Shown here piece by piece: positions 1-13,500 of a stretch of DNA of 64,000 bases. Position 1 is the stretch's first letter, and each line of letters starts with the position of its first letter. The stretch is from Nemertoderma westbladi. Its lineage: Eukaryota > Animalia > Xenacoelomorpha. The translations under genes were made by a program, and so were the position numbers. The stretch is taken from contig JAUCBJ010001551.1 of assembly GCA_032718475.1 (NCBI GenBank), positions 62,001 to 126,000 of the forward strand. The letters run 5' to 3'. A model generated the notes under the pieces. That model was not told the DNA's origin, did not search any database, and was given only the letters and a program-made list of their open reading frames with translations.

Positions 1-550
1 GTAGTCTGTTTGAGTCGGGACTCTTTCTGACTTTTGTGGACTTCAAGAAAGCATTCGCTCAGTGGTCAAGAAAGCATTCGCCTCCATGCTCTATAATACG
101 CTAGGTCTATCAGATGCACAGCTTCTACTGAATAAAGTGGAGAGGGCTGCTAAGGAGTTTGGATTGCATATAAATGCTACCAAATTTTACTACCTTTTAA
201 TGTTGATGGAAATTGACCACAATTGATAATAATCAACAAAGGAAGGTTTGCGACTTCCAGTACCTTTGGTCATGGATAGATAGCAGCAAAATAGACAGAA
301 GTTATAAAAGCAAAAGCATGGCTGACTCGATAAAAAATGGATACCATCTGGAAATCAGATCTCTCCAGGCACCTGAAGACTAAGTTCTTTGGAGCCACGG
401 TGGAAAGTGTACTTTTATACTGGGGTGAGACATGGACCATGGCCATGCCTGGACACTGACGAAATCACTTGAACAACGAATTGATTGTTGCTACACATGA
501 CAGCCCTAAACATCAGCTGGAGACAACACATGACAAACTACGAGCTTGCA
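1..550 (+). pseudogene. Degenerate non-LTR retrotransposon (RTE-like) RT and C-terminal fragment
   Basis: Hand translation gives LFLTFVDFKKAF, AQLLLNKVERAAKEFGLHINATK, DFQYL.SWI, IWKSDLSRHLKTKFFGATVESVLLY.GETWT and ALNISWRQHMTN, all typical LINE RT/post-RT motifs, broken by stops, frameshifts and deletions. Confidence 0.8.
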
Positions 551-621
551 CAGTTTACATTGTAAACTTTGTCATGCACTGAAATCTTTAAGAGTGTAAT
601 GCCGAACCAATGACTTGCCAT

Positions 622-3600
622 TCTCACGTAATTCGAACTGCGCACATTTGTACCTCTCTTCTCTATATTTGTCTCAGGTAATTCGAACTGCGCACATTCA
701 TACCTCTCTTCTCTATATTTGTCTCAGGTAATTCGAACTGCGCACATTCGTACCTCTCTTCTCTATATTTGTCTCAGGTAATTCGAACTGCGCACATTCG
801 TACATCTCTTCTCTATATTTGTCTCACGTAATTCGAACTGCGCACATTCATACCTCTCTTCTCTATATTTGTCTCAGGTAATTCGAACTGCGCACATTCG
901 TACCTCTCTTCTCTATATTTGTCTCAGGTAATTCGAACTGCGCACATTCGTACATCTCTTCTCTATATTTGTCTCACGTAATTCGAACTGCGCACATTCA
1001 TACCTCTCTTCTCTATATTTGTCTCAGGTAATTCGAACTGCGCACATTCGTACCTCTCTTCTCTATATTTGTCTCAGGTAATTCGAACTGCGCACATTCG
1101 TACCTCTCTTCTCTATATTTGTCTCAGGTAATTCGAACTGCGCACATTCGTACCTCTCTTCTCTATATTTGTCTCAGGTAATTCGAACTGCGCACATTCG
1201 TACATCTCTTCTCTATATTTGTCTCACGTAATTCGAACTGCGCACATTCATACCTCTCTTCTCTATATTTGTCTCAGGTAATTCGAACTGCGCACATTCG
1301 TACCTCTCTTCTCTATATTTGTCTCAGGTAATTCGAACTGCGCACATTCGTACATCTCTTCTCTATATTTGTCTCACGTAATTCGAACTGCGCACATTCA
1401 TACCTCTCTTCTCTATATTTGTCTCAGGTAATTCGAACTGCGCACATTCGTACCTCTCTTCTCTATATTTGTCTCAGGTAATTCGAACTGCGCACATTCG
1501 CACTTCTCTTCTCTATATTTGTCTCAGGTAATTCGGATTGCGCACATTCGTACATCTCTTCTCTATATTTGTCTCACGTAATTCGAACTGCGCACATTCG
1601 TACCTCTCTTCTCTATATTTGTCTCACGTAATTCGAACTGCGCACATTCGTACCTCTCTTCTCTATATTTGTCTCACGTAATTCGAACTGCGCACATTCG
1701 TACCTATCTTCTCTATATTTGTCTCACGTAATTCGAACTGCGCACATTCGTACATCTCTTCTCTATATTTGTCTCAGGTAATTCGAACTGCGCACATTCA
1801 TACCTCTCTTCTCTATATTTGTCTCAGGTAATTCGAACTGCGCACATTCGTACCTCTCTTCTCTATATTTGTCTCAGGTAATTCGAACTGCGCACATTCG
1901 TACATCTCTTCTCTATATTTGTCTCACGTAATTCGAACTGCGCACATTCGTACTTCTCTTCTCTATATTTGTCTCACGTAATTCGAACTGCGCACATTCG
2001 TACCTCTCTTCTCTATATTTGTCTCACGTAATTCGAACTGCGCACATTCGTACATCTCTTCTCTATATTTGTCTCACGTAATTCGAACTGCGCACATTCG
2101 TACCTCTCTTCTCTATATTTGTCTCACGTAATTCGAACTGCGCACATTCGTACCTCTCTTCTCTATATTTGTCTCACGTAATTCGAACTGCGCACATTCG
2201 TACCTCTCTTCTCTATATTTGTCTCACGTAATTCGAACTGCGCACATTCGTACTTCTCTTCTCTATATTTGTCTCACGTAATTCGAACTGCGCACATTCG
2301 TACCTCTCTTCTCTATATTTGTCTCACGTAATTCGAACTGCGCACATTCGTACATCTCTTCTCTATATTTGTCTCACGTAATTCGAACTGCGCACATTCG
2401 TACCTCTCTTCTCTATATTTGTCTCACGTAATTCGAACTGCGCACATTCGTACATCTCTTCTCTATATTTGTCTCAGGTAATTCGGATTGCGCACATTCG
2501 TACCTCTCTTCTCTATATTTGTCTCACGTAATTCGAACTGCGCACATTCGTACATCTCTTCTCTATATTTGTCTCAGGTAATTCGGATTGCGCACATTCG
2601 TACCTCTCTTCTCTATATTTGTCTCAGGTAATTCGAACTGCGCACATTCGTACCTCTCTTCTCTATATTTGTCTCAGGTAATTCGAACTGCGCACATTCG
2701 TACTTCTCTTCTCTATATTTGTCTCACGTAATTCGAACTGCGCACATTCGTACCTCTCTTCTCTATATTTGTCTCACGTAATTCGAACTGCGCACATTCG
2801 TACTTCTCTTCTCTATATTTGTCTCACGTAATTCGAACTGCGCACATTCGTACTTCTCTTCTCTATATTTGTCTCACGTAATTCGAACTGCGCACATTCG
2901 TACTTCTCTTCTCTATATTTGTCTCACGTAATTCGAACTGCGCACATTCGTACCTCTCTTCTCTATATTTGTCTCAGGTAATTCGAACTGCGCACATTCG
3001 TACTTCTCTTCTCTATATTTGTCTCACGTAATTCGAACTGCGCACATTCGTACTTCTCTTCTCTATATTTGTCTCACGTAATTCGAACTGCGCACATTCG
3101 TACTTCTCTTCTCTATATTTGTCTCAGGTAATTCGAACTGCGCACATTCGTACCTCTCTTCTCTATATTTGTCTCACGTAATTCGAACTGCGCACATTCG
3201 TACTTCTCTTCTCTATATTTGTCTCACGTAATTCGAACTGCGCACATTCGTACCTCTCTTCTCTATATTTGTCTCACGTAATTCGAACTGCGCACATTCG
3301 TACCTATCTTCTCTATATTTGTCTCACGTAATTCGAACTGCGCACATTCGTACTTCTCTTCTCTATATTTGTCTCACGTAATTCGAACTGCGCACATTCG
3401 TACCTATCTTCTCTATATTTGTCTCACGTAATTCGAACTGCGCACATTCGTACTTCTCTTCTCTATATTTGTCTCACGTAATTCGAACTGCGCACATTCG
3501 TACCTCTCTTCTCTATATTTGTCTCACGTAATTCGAACTGCGCACATTCGTACCTATCTTCTCTATATTTGTCTCACGTAATTCGAACTGCGCACATTCG

Positions 3601-4440
3601 TACCTCTCTTCTCTATATTTGTCTCACGTAATTCGAACTGCGCACATTCGTACATCTCTTCTCTATATTTGTCTCACGTAATTCGAACTGCGCACATTCG
3701 TACCTCTCTTCTCTATATTTGTCTCAGGTAATTCGAACTGCGCACATTCGTACATCTCTTCTCTATATTTGTCTCACGTAATTCGAACTGCGCACATTCG
3801 TACCTCTCTTCTCTATATTTGTCTCACGTAATTCGAACTGCGCACATTCGTACCTATCTTCTCTATATTTGTCTCACGTAATTCGAACTGCGCACATTCG
3901 TACTTCTCTTCTCTATATTTGTCTCACGTAATTCGAACTGCGCACATTCGTACCTCTCTTCTCTATATTTGTCTCAGGTAATTCGAACTGCGCACATTCG
4001 TACTTCTCTTCTCTATATTTGTCTCACGTAATTCGAACTGCGCACATTCGTACATCTCTTCTCTATATTTGTCTCACGTAATTCGAACTGCGCACATTTG
4101 TACCTCTCTTCTCTATATTTGTCTCACGTAATTCGAACTGTGCACATTCGTACATCTCTTCTCTATATTTGTCTCACGTAATTCGAACTGCGCACATTCG
4201 TACATCTCTTCTCTATATTTGTCTCACGTAATTCGAACTGCGCACATTCGTACATCTCTTCTCTATATTTGTCTCACGTAATTCGAACTGCGCACATTCG
4301 TACATCTCTTCTCTATATTTGTCTCACGTAATTCGAACTGCGCACATTCGTACCTCTCTTCTCTATATTTGTCTCAGGTAATTCGAACTGCGCACATTCG
4401 TACCTCTCTTCTCTATATTTGTCTCACGTAATTCGAACTG
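622..4440. repeat. 50-bp satellite array, left arm (~76 copies)
   Basis: Unit TCTCA(C/G)GTAATTCGAACTGCGCACATTCGTAC(C/A/T)TCTCTTCTCTATATTTG repeated head to tail. Confidence 0.98.
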
Positions 4441-7265
4441 GTGCAGGTGGTGTAGCCCTTTACATGAGGAAGGATAAAGTGAATAGTTTCAGTGAAGTGA
4501 AATCTGGAGATAATATTGTTGGCGTAATTGCTCATCTTCACTCCTCAAACGAGCCATTTCTGATTCTTTCAGCCTATGCCCCAGATTCGGGGAAACCTCA
4601 AGAAGTCTACGATGAGTTCCTGGGCCGCCTCTATGGGTTACTGGAGCAGTATTCAGCATGCATCCCCATCATCCTCACTGATGCCAATGCTGATCTTGGT
4701 AGTCTGCAGGGAAACAGATTCCTCACTGAGAAACCATCTTACAGAGGCCGGATTCTTAACTCTTTTCTAAACGATAATAATTTAAGGGCCATCGATACTC
4801 ACAAGCAGTTCACTGGGCCAGTTATAACGTTTTATGGGCACAACGGTGGTCAGTCATATATTGACCATATATTGACTCCAATGTTAAACATGGTTTTGAT
4901 AAAAGATGGCTGCGTATATGAAGAAGATCCTGGTAGTAACTACTCAGATCACGTACCAGTAATTGCGACATTTTCGGTTATGTTCAACAATGACCATTCA
5001 GGGCAGAAAGTGAAGCCAACCACAAGGAGGAAAATCATGAAATTTAACTGGGCTAAACCAACTGAAGCCCAAAAGGAAAGATATAAAGTTGCTGTTGACA
5101 CACTTCTATTGGAGAATATCCATAAAATAAAATCTGAACTAGGTGGAAAACCTTCTACTGCAACTCTCGATGGTGTGATGGAGAACATACAGTCTGCAAT
5201 TCATGATGCTGCAATTCAGAATATTCTAGTAGCAAAGCGAAAGACTGGTATAAAAAACATAAGAATTCGGTCCAAAATTCTACACCAGAGTTCGAAAACA
5301 ACACAACAATTGTACCAACTATGGAGTGAAGAAGGAAAAGGCAATGAACACCCCCTTGCTACAGTGTTCAAGGAGTCCAAACGACGCACAAGGCGTATCA
5401 AAAATTTTCTCTCTAAAAACTCAGTCGCACAATCAATACATAAATGGGCCAACAAATTCAACTCAAATCCGAAATACTTTTGGGCAAAGGTAAATAAATC
5501 AAACGGAAATGGTATACCCCCCTCGATGGAAGATAAGTTGCGCGATAGTTATGTGAGAAAATTTTCCAACAATGCCTCCAAGTTGAGTGATGAACTACTG
5601 ACTGACATGGACTTGGCGTGTGCAAACTCAGTGGTGCCACAAATATCCTCACTGACAGTGAAGAGAGCAATTGCAGCACTATCTACAGGGAAAGCCCCTG
5701 ATAACTCTTCGCTCACTATTGAGCATTTGCTACATTTGAACCCAGAGCCAATATGTGAAATCTTAGCAATTGTGTTCAACCTCTCATTCATGCTGAAGAA
5801 AGTTCCTAATATATTTGGACATTCGGTTCTGACAAGCCTCTATAAGGGCAAGCATCGGGATGTTTACTCTCCTAAATCGTATCGCCCAATATCATCAATC
5901 AGCATTTGGGCCAAATTGTTTGAACATGTTGTGCTGAAGAGCTTCCTTAGCAGCATAGATCTCCATGAGAACCAGACAGCCTACCGTAGTCACATTGGGT
6001 CTGATGTAGTCATTGCAACGATGTTAGAGTGCATTGAGCATCTGCGGATGAAGAACAAGTCAGTATATCTCTGTCAGCTTGATATAGAGTCAGCATTCGA
6101 CACTGTTGACTATAACGTTCTGGGCTGCAAAATGCTGGAGTGTGGAATAAACCCTCACATTGTCGCTACTGTCCTTAACTATTACACCAGAAGCCTCTAT
6201 TTTCTCAAGTTCGGCAGTGATGTTGATGCTATAGGCATCCATGTTTGTAGAGGCCTGAAACAGGGATCACTCCTCTCACCAGTCCTCTTCAATTTGTATA
6301 CTAAATCCATTCTTGATGATTTGAAAAGTTCCAACCTCGGATGCTGGATAGACACACACTGGTTGGGAACAATCTCTTACGCTGATGATTTCTTGTTAGT
6401 CTCTAACACGCAGGAGGGAATGGAGAAAATGTTTACCATGTTCCATAATAGCGCAGCAGAAATGAAACTTACAGTAGAAAAATCCAAAGTAAACTGGACT
6501 GTGTTCAACAATCACCAAGGCTGTCATAGGCCAACATTTCTTTATCTGAACGGCAAAGTGGTTCCAAGATGCGAAAAGTTAAGCTTCTTAGGGTACGATT
6601 TGGCTACTGTTATGACTAACCCCTTAAGCAAGACCCTGCAGACGATAGCGGCACTAAGCCAGACCCTTAAGAACAAGGGATGGACCTCTGAATGGCTGCC
6701 TGTTGAAACCGTATCTCACCTCTGGAGAACAGTTGCACTGCCTGTAATTTTATACGACCTGAGATTACACATTGGTTACCTCTCCCAGAACGACATGGAT
6801 AGACTCGATGCCGCCCACAGAAATGCTCTGCGCAGCTTACTCTACATTGGGCGCTATGTTAGCAACCCCACACTGGAGCACCTTACGAGCATCAATGCCC
6901 TATCAGTGGAAGCAATGCGACAAGCGGTGGGAACCATGGTGCGAATTATAGATTGTCCCAGCAAGGCTTTACAGGGATCGTTTATTAACTGCTCTGTTGC
7001 TAGTCTCGATGGAACCTCTGGGTCACGGTATCGGGGAGTGCTAAACTCTTTTATAAAAGCGCTATCTATCTTTCCCCTTCCACAGCTTGAGTCCCTATTG
7101 ATGTACCGCTATGACAAGAAGTCCCTGATGAATCGTATCTCGCACGGAGCAGCATTGACTGGGGATAAGGCCAAGGCCAGCTTTATCGAAGAAACATTTA
7201 ATCTTAGAACATTGAGTCTCGGAGAAAAAAGAACCAGAATTAGGGACTACTTCGGTATTGTGTAA
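4441..7265 (+). CDS. LINE ORF2 (endonuclease-reverse transcriptase), N-terminus missing
   Basis: ~940 uninterrupted codons. EN motifs GGVALY, SAYAP, TDAN (GDFN position), SYIDHI, SDHVPV; RT motifs YRPIS, DIESAFDTV, GLKQGSLLSPVLFNLY, YADD. The first residues in the ORF track (MSHVIRT) are satellite sequence. Confidence 0.93.
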
Positions 7266-7529
7266 TACACTGTGTTCCCTGTGCAGTATTAATGACTCTG
7301 CATCGTTTGGAAGCAGAGCAAACCCCGAGGTCATAATTCTTTTTTTTTTTCATTTGCATCCATCCATGGCTATTTTAAATGCTTTGTTCTTCCTTTTAAT
7401 TTGAATATATTGTATCCTTTATTTTGTATCACTGGTGCAGTGTGTGAAACTTTGTTCGCTTTTTATTTCTTATTAACGTGCAGCGAACTTTTACTGTTGT
7501 CGGCTGGGTCCGAATTAAATGAATTAATG
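4441..7529 (+). mobile_element. 5'-truncated non-LTR retrotransposon (APE endonuclease + RT, possibly RTEX-like) inserted in the satellite
   Basis: Flanked by direct repeat AATTCGAACTG (4430-4440 and 7530-7540); ~260-bp 3' UTR ending in GAATTA(A)AT-like tail repeats; contains the long EN-RT frame. Clade assignment is tentative. Confidence 0.92.
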
Positions 7530-10500
7530 AATTCGAACTGCGCACATTTGTACCTCTCTTCTCTATATTTGTCTCACGTAATTCGAACTGTGCACATTCG
7601 TACATCTCTTCTCTATATTTGTCTCACGTAATTCGAACTGCGCACATTCGTACATCTCTTCTCTATATTTGTCTCACGTAATTCGAACTGCGCACATTCG
7701 TACATCTCTTCTCTATATTTGTCTCAGGTAATTCGAACTGCGCACATTCGTACCTCTCTTCTCTATATTTGTCTCAGTGATTTGAACTGCGCACATTCGT
7801 ACCTCTCTTCTCTATATTTGTCTCACGTAATTCGAACTGCGCACATTCGTACATCTCTTCTCTATATTTGTCTCACGTAATTCGAACTGCGCACATTTGT
7901 ACCTCTCTTCTCTATATTTGTCTCACGTAATTCGAACTGTGCACATTCGTACATCTCTTCTCTATATTTGTCTCACGTAATTCGAACTGCGCACATTCGT
8001 ACATCTCTTCTCTATATTTGTCTCACGTAATTCGAACTGCGCACCTTCGTACCTCTCTTCTCTATATTTGTCTCACATAATTCGAACTGCGCACATTCGT
8101 ACCTCTCTTCTCTATATTTGTCTCAGGTAATTCGAACTGCGCACATTCGTACATATCTTCTCTATATTTGTCTCACGTAGTTCGAACTGCGCACATTCGT
8201 ACCTCTCTTCTCTATATTTGTCTCACGTAATTCGAACTGCGCACATTCGTACCTCTCTTCTCTATATTTGTTTCAGGTAATTCGAACTGCGCACATTCGT
8301 ACATCTCTTCTCTATATTTGTCTCACGTAATTCGAACTGCGCACATTCGTACATCTCTTCTCTATATTTGTCTCACGTAATTCGAACTGCGCACATTCGT
8401 ACCTCTCTTCTCTATATTTGTCTCACGTAATTCGAACTGCGCACATTCGTACCTCTCTTCTCTATATTTGTCTCACGTAATTCGAACTGCGCACATTCGT
8501 ACTTCTCTTCTCTATATTTGTCTCAGGTAATTCGAACTGCGCACATTCGTACCTCTCTTCTCTATATTTGTCTCACGTAGTTCGAACTGCGCACATTCGT
8601 ACCTCTCTTCTCTATATTTGTCTCACGTAATTCGAACTGCGCACATTCGTACCTCTCTTCTCTATATTTGTTTCAGGTAATTCGAACTGCGCACATTCGT
8701 ACATCTCTTCTCTATATTTGTCTCACGTAATTCGAACTGCGCACATTCGTACCTCTCTTCTCTATATTTGTCTCACGTAATTCGAACTGCGCACATTCGT
8801 ACCTCTCTTCTCTATATTTGTCTCACGTAATTCGAACTGCGCACATTCGTACCTCTCTTCTCTATATTTGTCTCACGTAATTCGAACTGCGCACATTCGT
8901 ACCTCTCTTCTCTATATTTGTCTCACGTAATTCGAACTGCGCACATTCGTACCTCTCTTCTCTATATTTGTCTCACGTAATTCGAACTGCGCACATTCGT
9001 ACCTCTCTTCTCTATATTTGTCTCACGTAATTCGAACTGCGCACATTCGTACCTCTCTTCTCTATATTTGTCTCACGTAATTCGAACTGCGCACATTCGT
9101 ACATCTCTTCTCTATATTTGTCTCACGTAATTCGAACTGCGCACATTCGCACTTCTCTTCTCTATATTTGTCTCACGTAATTCGAACTGCGCACATTCGT
9201 ACCTCTCTTCTCTATATTTGTCTCACGTAATTCGAACTGCGCACATTCGTACCTCTCTTCTCTATATTTGTCTCACGTAATTCGAACTGCGCACATTCGT
9301 ACTTCTCTTCTCTATATTTCTCTCACGTAATTCGAACTGCGCACATTCGTACCTCTCTTCTCTATATTTTTCTCACGTAATTCGAACTGCGCACATTCGT
9401 ACCTCTCTTCTCTATATTTGTCTCACGTAATTCGAACTGCGCACATTCGTACCTCTCTTCTCTATATTTGTCTCACGTAATTCGAACTGCGCACATTCGT
9501 ACCTCTCTTCTCTATATTTGTCTCACGTAATTCGAACTGCGCACATTCGTACCTCTCTTCTCTATATTTGTCTCACGTAATTCGAACTGCGCACATTCGT
9601 ACATCTCTTCTCTATATTTGTCTCACGTAATTCGAACTGCGCACATTCGTACCTCTCTTCTCTATATTTGTTTCAGGTAATTCGAACTGCGCACATTCGT
9701 ACATCTCTTCTCTATATTTGTCTCACGTAATTCGAACTGCGCACATTCGTACATCTCTTCTCTATATTTGTCTCACGTAATTCGAACTGCGCACATTCGT
9801 ACCTCTCTTCTCTATATTTGTCTCACGTAATTCGAACTGCGCACATTCGTACCTCTCTTCTCTATATTTGTCTCACGTAATTCGAACTGCGCACATTCGT
9901 ACTTCTCTTCTCTATATTTGTCTCAGGTAATTCGAACTGCGCACATTCGTACCTCTCTTCTCTATATTTGTCTCACGTAATTCGAACTGCGCACATTCGT
10001 ACCTCTCTTCTCTATATTTGTCTCACGTAATTCGAACTGCGCACATTCGTACTTCTCTTCTCTATATTTGTCTCACGTAATTCGAACTGCGCACATTCGT
10101 ACTTCTCTTCTCTATATTTGTCTCAGGTAATTCGAACTGCGCACATTCGTACCTCTCTTCTCTATATTTGTCTCACGTAATTCGAACTGCGCACATTCGT
10201 ACCTCTCTTCTCTATATTTTTCTCACGTAATTCGAACTGCGCACATTCGTACTTCTCTTCTCTATATTTGTCTCACGTAATTCGAACTGCGCACATTCGT
10301 ACCTCTCTTCTCTATATTTGTCTCACGTAATTCGAACTGCGCACATTCGTACTTCTCTTCTCTATATTTGTCTCAGGTAATTCGAACTGCGCACATTCGT
10401 ACCTCTCTTCTCTATATTTGTCTCACGTAATTCGAACTGCGCACATTCGTACCTCTCTTCTCTATATTTGTCTCACGTAATTCGAACTGCGCACATTCGT

Positions 10501-13500
10501 ACCTCTCTTCTCTATATTTGTCTCACGTAATTCGAACTGCGCACATTCGTACCTCTCTTCTCTATATTTGTCTCACGTAATTCGAACTGCGCACATTCGT
10601 ACATCTCTTCTCTATATTTGTCTCACGTAATTCGAACTGCGCACATTCGTACCTCTCTTCTCTATATTTGTTTCAGGTAATTCGAACTGCGCACATTCGT
10701 ACTTCTCTTCTCTATATTTCTCTCACGTAATTCGAACTGCGCACATTCGTACTTCTCTTCTCTATATTTGTCTCACGTAATTCGAACTGCGCACATTCGT
10801 ACCTCTCTTCTCTATATTTGTCTCACGTAATTCGAACTGCGCACATTCGTACATCTCTTCTCTATATTTGTCTCACGTAATTCGAACTGCGCACATTCGT
10901 ACCTCTCTTCTCTATATTTGTCTCAGGTAATTCGAACTGCGCACATTCGTACATCTCTTCTCTATATTTGTCTCACGTAATTCGAACTGCGCACATTCGT
11001 ACTTCTCTTCTCTATATTTGTCTCACGTAATTCGAACTGCGCACATTCGTACCTCTCTTCTCTATATTTTTCTCACGTAATTCGAACTGCGCACATTCGT
11101 ACATCTCTTCTCTATATTTGTCTCACGTAATTCGAACTGCGCACATTCGTACATCTCTTCTCTATATTTGTCTCACGTAATTCGAACTGCGCACATTCGT
11201 ACCTCTCTTCTCTATATTTGTCTCACGTAATTCGAACTGCGCACATTCGTACCTCTCTTCTCTATATTTGTCTCAGGTAATTCGAACTGCGCACATTCGT
11301 ACTTCTCTTCTCTATATTTGTCTCAGGTAATTCGAACTGCGCACATTCGTACCTCTCTTCTCTATATTTGTCTCACGTAATTCGAACTGCGCACATTCGT
11401 ACCTCTCTTCTCTATATTTGTCTCACGTAATTCGAACTGCGCACATTCGTACTTCTCTTCTCTATATTTGTCTCAGGTAATTCGAACTGCGCACATTCGT
11501 ACCTCTCTTCTCTATATTTGTCTCACGTAATTCGAACTGCGCACATTCGTACCTCTCTTCTCTATATTTGTCTCACGTAATTCGAACTGCGCACATTCGT
11601 ACTTCTCTTCTCTATATTTGTCTCAGGTAATTCGAACTGCGCACATTCGTACCTCTCTTCTCTATATTTGTCTCACATAATTCGAACTGCGCACATTCGT
11701 ACCTCTCTTCTCTATATTTGTCTCACGTAATTCGAACTGCGCACATTCGTACCTCTCTTCTCTATATTTGTCTCACGTAATTCGAACTGCGCACATTCGT
11801 ACCTCTCTTCTCTATATTTGTCTCACATAATTCGAACTGCGCACATTCGTACCTCTCTTCTCTATATTTGTCTCACGTAATTCGAACTGCGCACATTCGT
11901 ACCTCTCTTCTCTATATTTGTCTCACGTAATTCGAACTGCGCACATTCGTACCTCTCTTCTCTATATTTGTCTCACATAATTCGAACTGCGCACATTCGT
12001 ACCTCTCTTCTCTATATTTGTCTCACGTAATTCGAACTGCGCACATTCGTACCTCTCTTCTCTATATTTGTCTCACGTAATTCGAACTGCGCACATTCGT
12101 ACTTCTCTTCTCTATATTTGTCTCACGTAATTCGAACTGCGCACATTCGTACCTCTCTTCTCTATATTTGTCTCACATAATTCGAACTGCGCACATTCGT
12201 ACCTCTCTTCTCTATATTTTTCTCACGTAATTCGAACTGCGCACATTCGTACCTCTCTTCTCTATATTTGTCTCACGTAATTCGAACTGCGCACATTCGT
12301 ACTTCTCTTCTCTATATTTGTCTCACGTAATTCGAACTGCGCACATTCGTACCTCTCTTCTCTATATTTGTCTCACGTAATTCGAACTGCGCACATTCGT
12401 ACTTCTCTTCTCTATATTTCTCTCACGTAATTCGAACTGCGCACATTCGTACCTCTCTTCTCTATATTTTTCTCACGTAATTCGAACTGCGCACATTCGT
12501 ACCTCTCTTCTCTATATTTGTCTCACGTAATTCGAACTGCGCACATTCGTACATCTCTTCTCTATATTTGTCTCACGTAATTCGAACTGCGCACATTCGT
12601 ACCTCTCTTCTCTATATTTGTCTCACGTAATTCGAACTGCGCACATTCGTACCTCTCTTCTCTATATTTGTCTCACGTAATTCGAACTGCGCACATTCGT
12701 ACTTCTCTTCTCTATATTTGTCTCACGTAATTCGAACTGCGCACATTCGTACCTCTCTTCTCTATATTTGTCTCACGTAATTCGAACTGCGCACATTCGT
12801 ACTTCTCTTCTCTATATTTCTCTCACGTAATTCGAACTGCGCACATTCGTACCTCTCTTCTCTATATTTGTCTCACGTAATTCGAACTGCGCACATTCGT
12901 ACCTCTCTTCTCTATATTTGTCTCACGTAATTCGAACTGCGCACATTCGTACTTCTCTTCTCTATATTTCTCTCACGTAATTCGAACTGCGCACATTCGT
13001 ACTTCTCTTCTCTATATTTCTCTCACGTAATTCGAACTGCGCACATTCGTACCTCTCTTCTCTATATTTTTCTCACGTAATTCGAACTGCGCACATTCGT
13101 ACCTCTCTTCTCTATATTTTTCTCACGTAATTCGAACTGCGCACATTCGTACCTCTCTTCTCTATATTTGTCTCACGTAATTCGAACTGCGCACATTCGT
13201 ACTTCTCTTCTCTATATTTCTCTCACGTAATTCGAACTGCGCACATTCGTACTTCTCTTCTCTATATTTCTCTCACGTAATTCGAACTGCGCACATTCGT
13301 ACCTCTCTTCTCTATATTTTTCTCACATAATTCGAACTGCGCACATTCGTACCTCTCTTCTCTATATTTGTCTCAGGTAATTCGAACTGCGCACATTCGT
13401 ACATATCTTCTCTATATTTGTCTCACGTAGTTCGAACTGCGCACATTCGTACCTCTCTTCTCTATATTTGTCTCACGTAATTCGAACTGCGCACATTCGT

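Noticed and set aside
4419-4440. Satellite-derived start codon for the LINE ORF
   Set aside because: It is a TTG in satellite sequence that happens to be in frame; the element is simply 5'-truncated.
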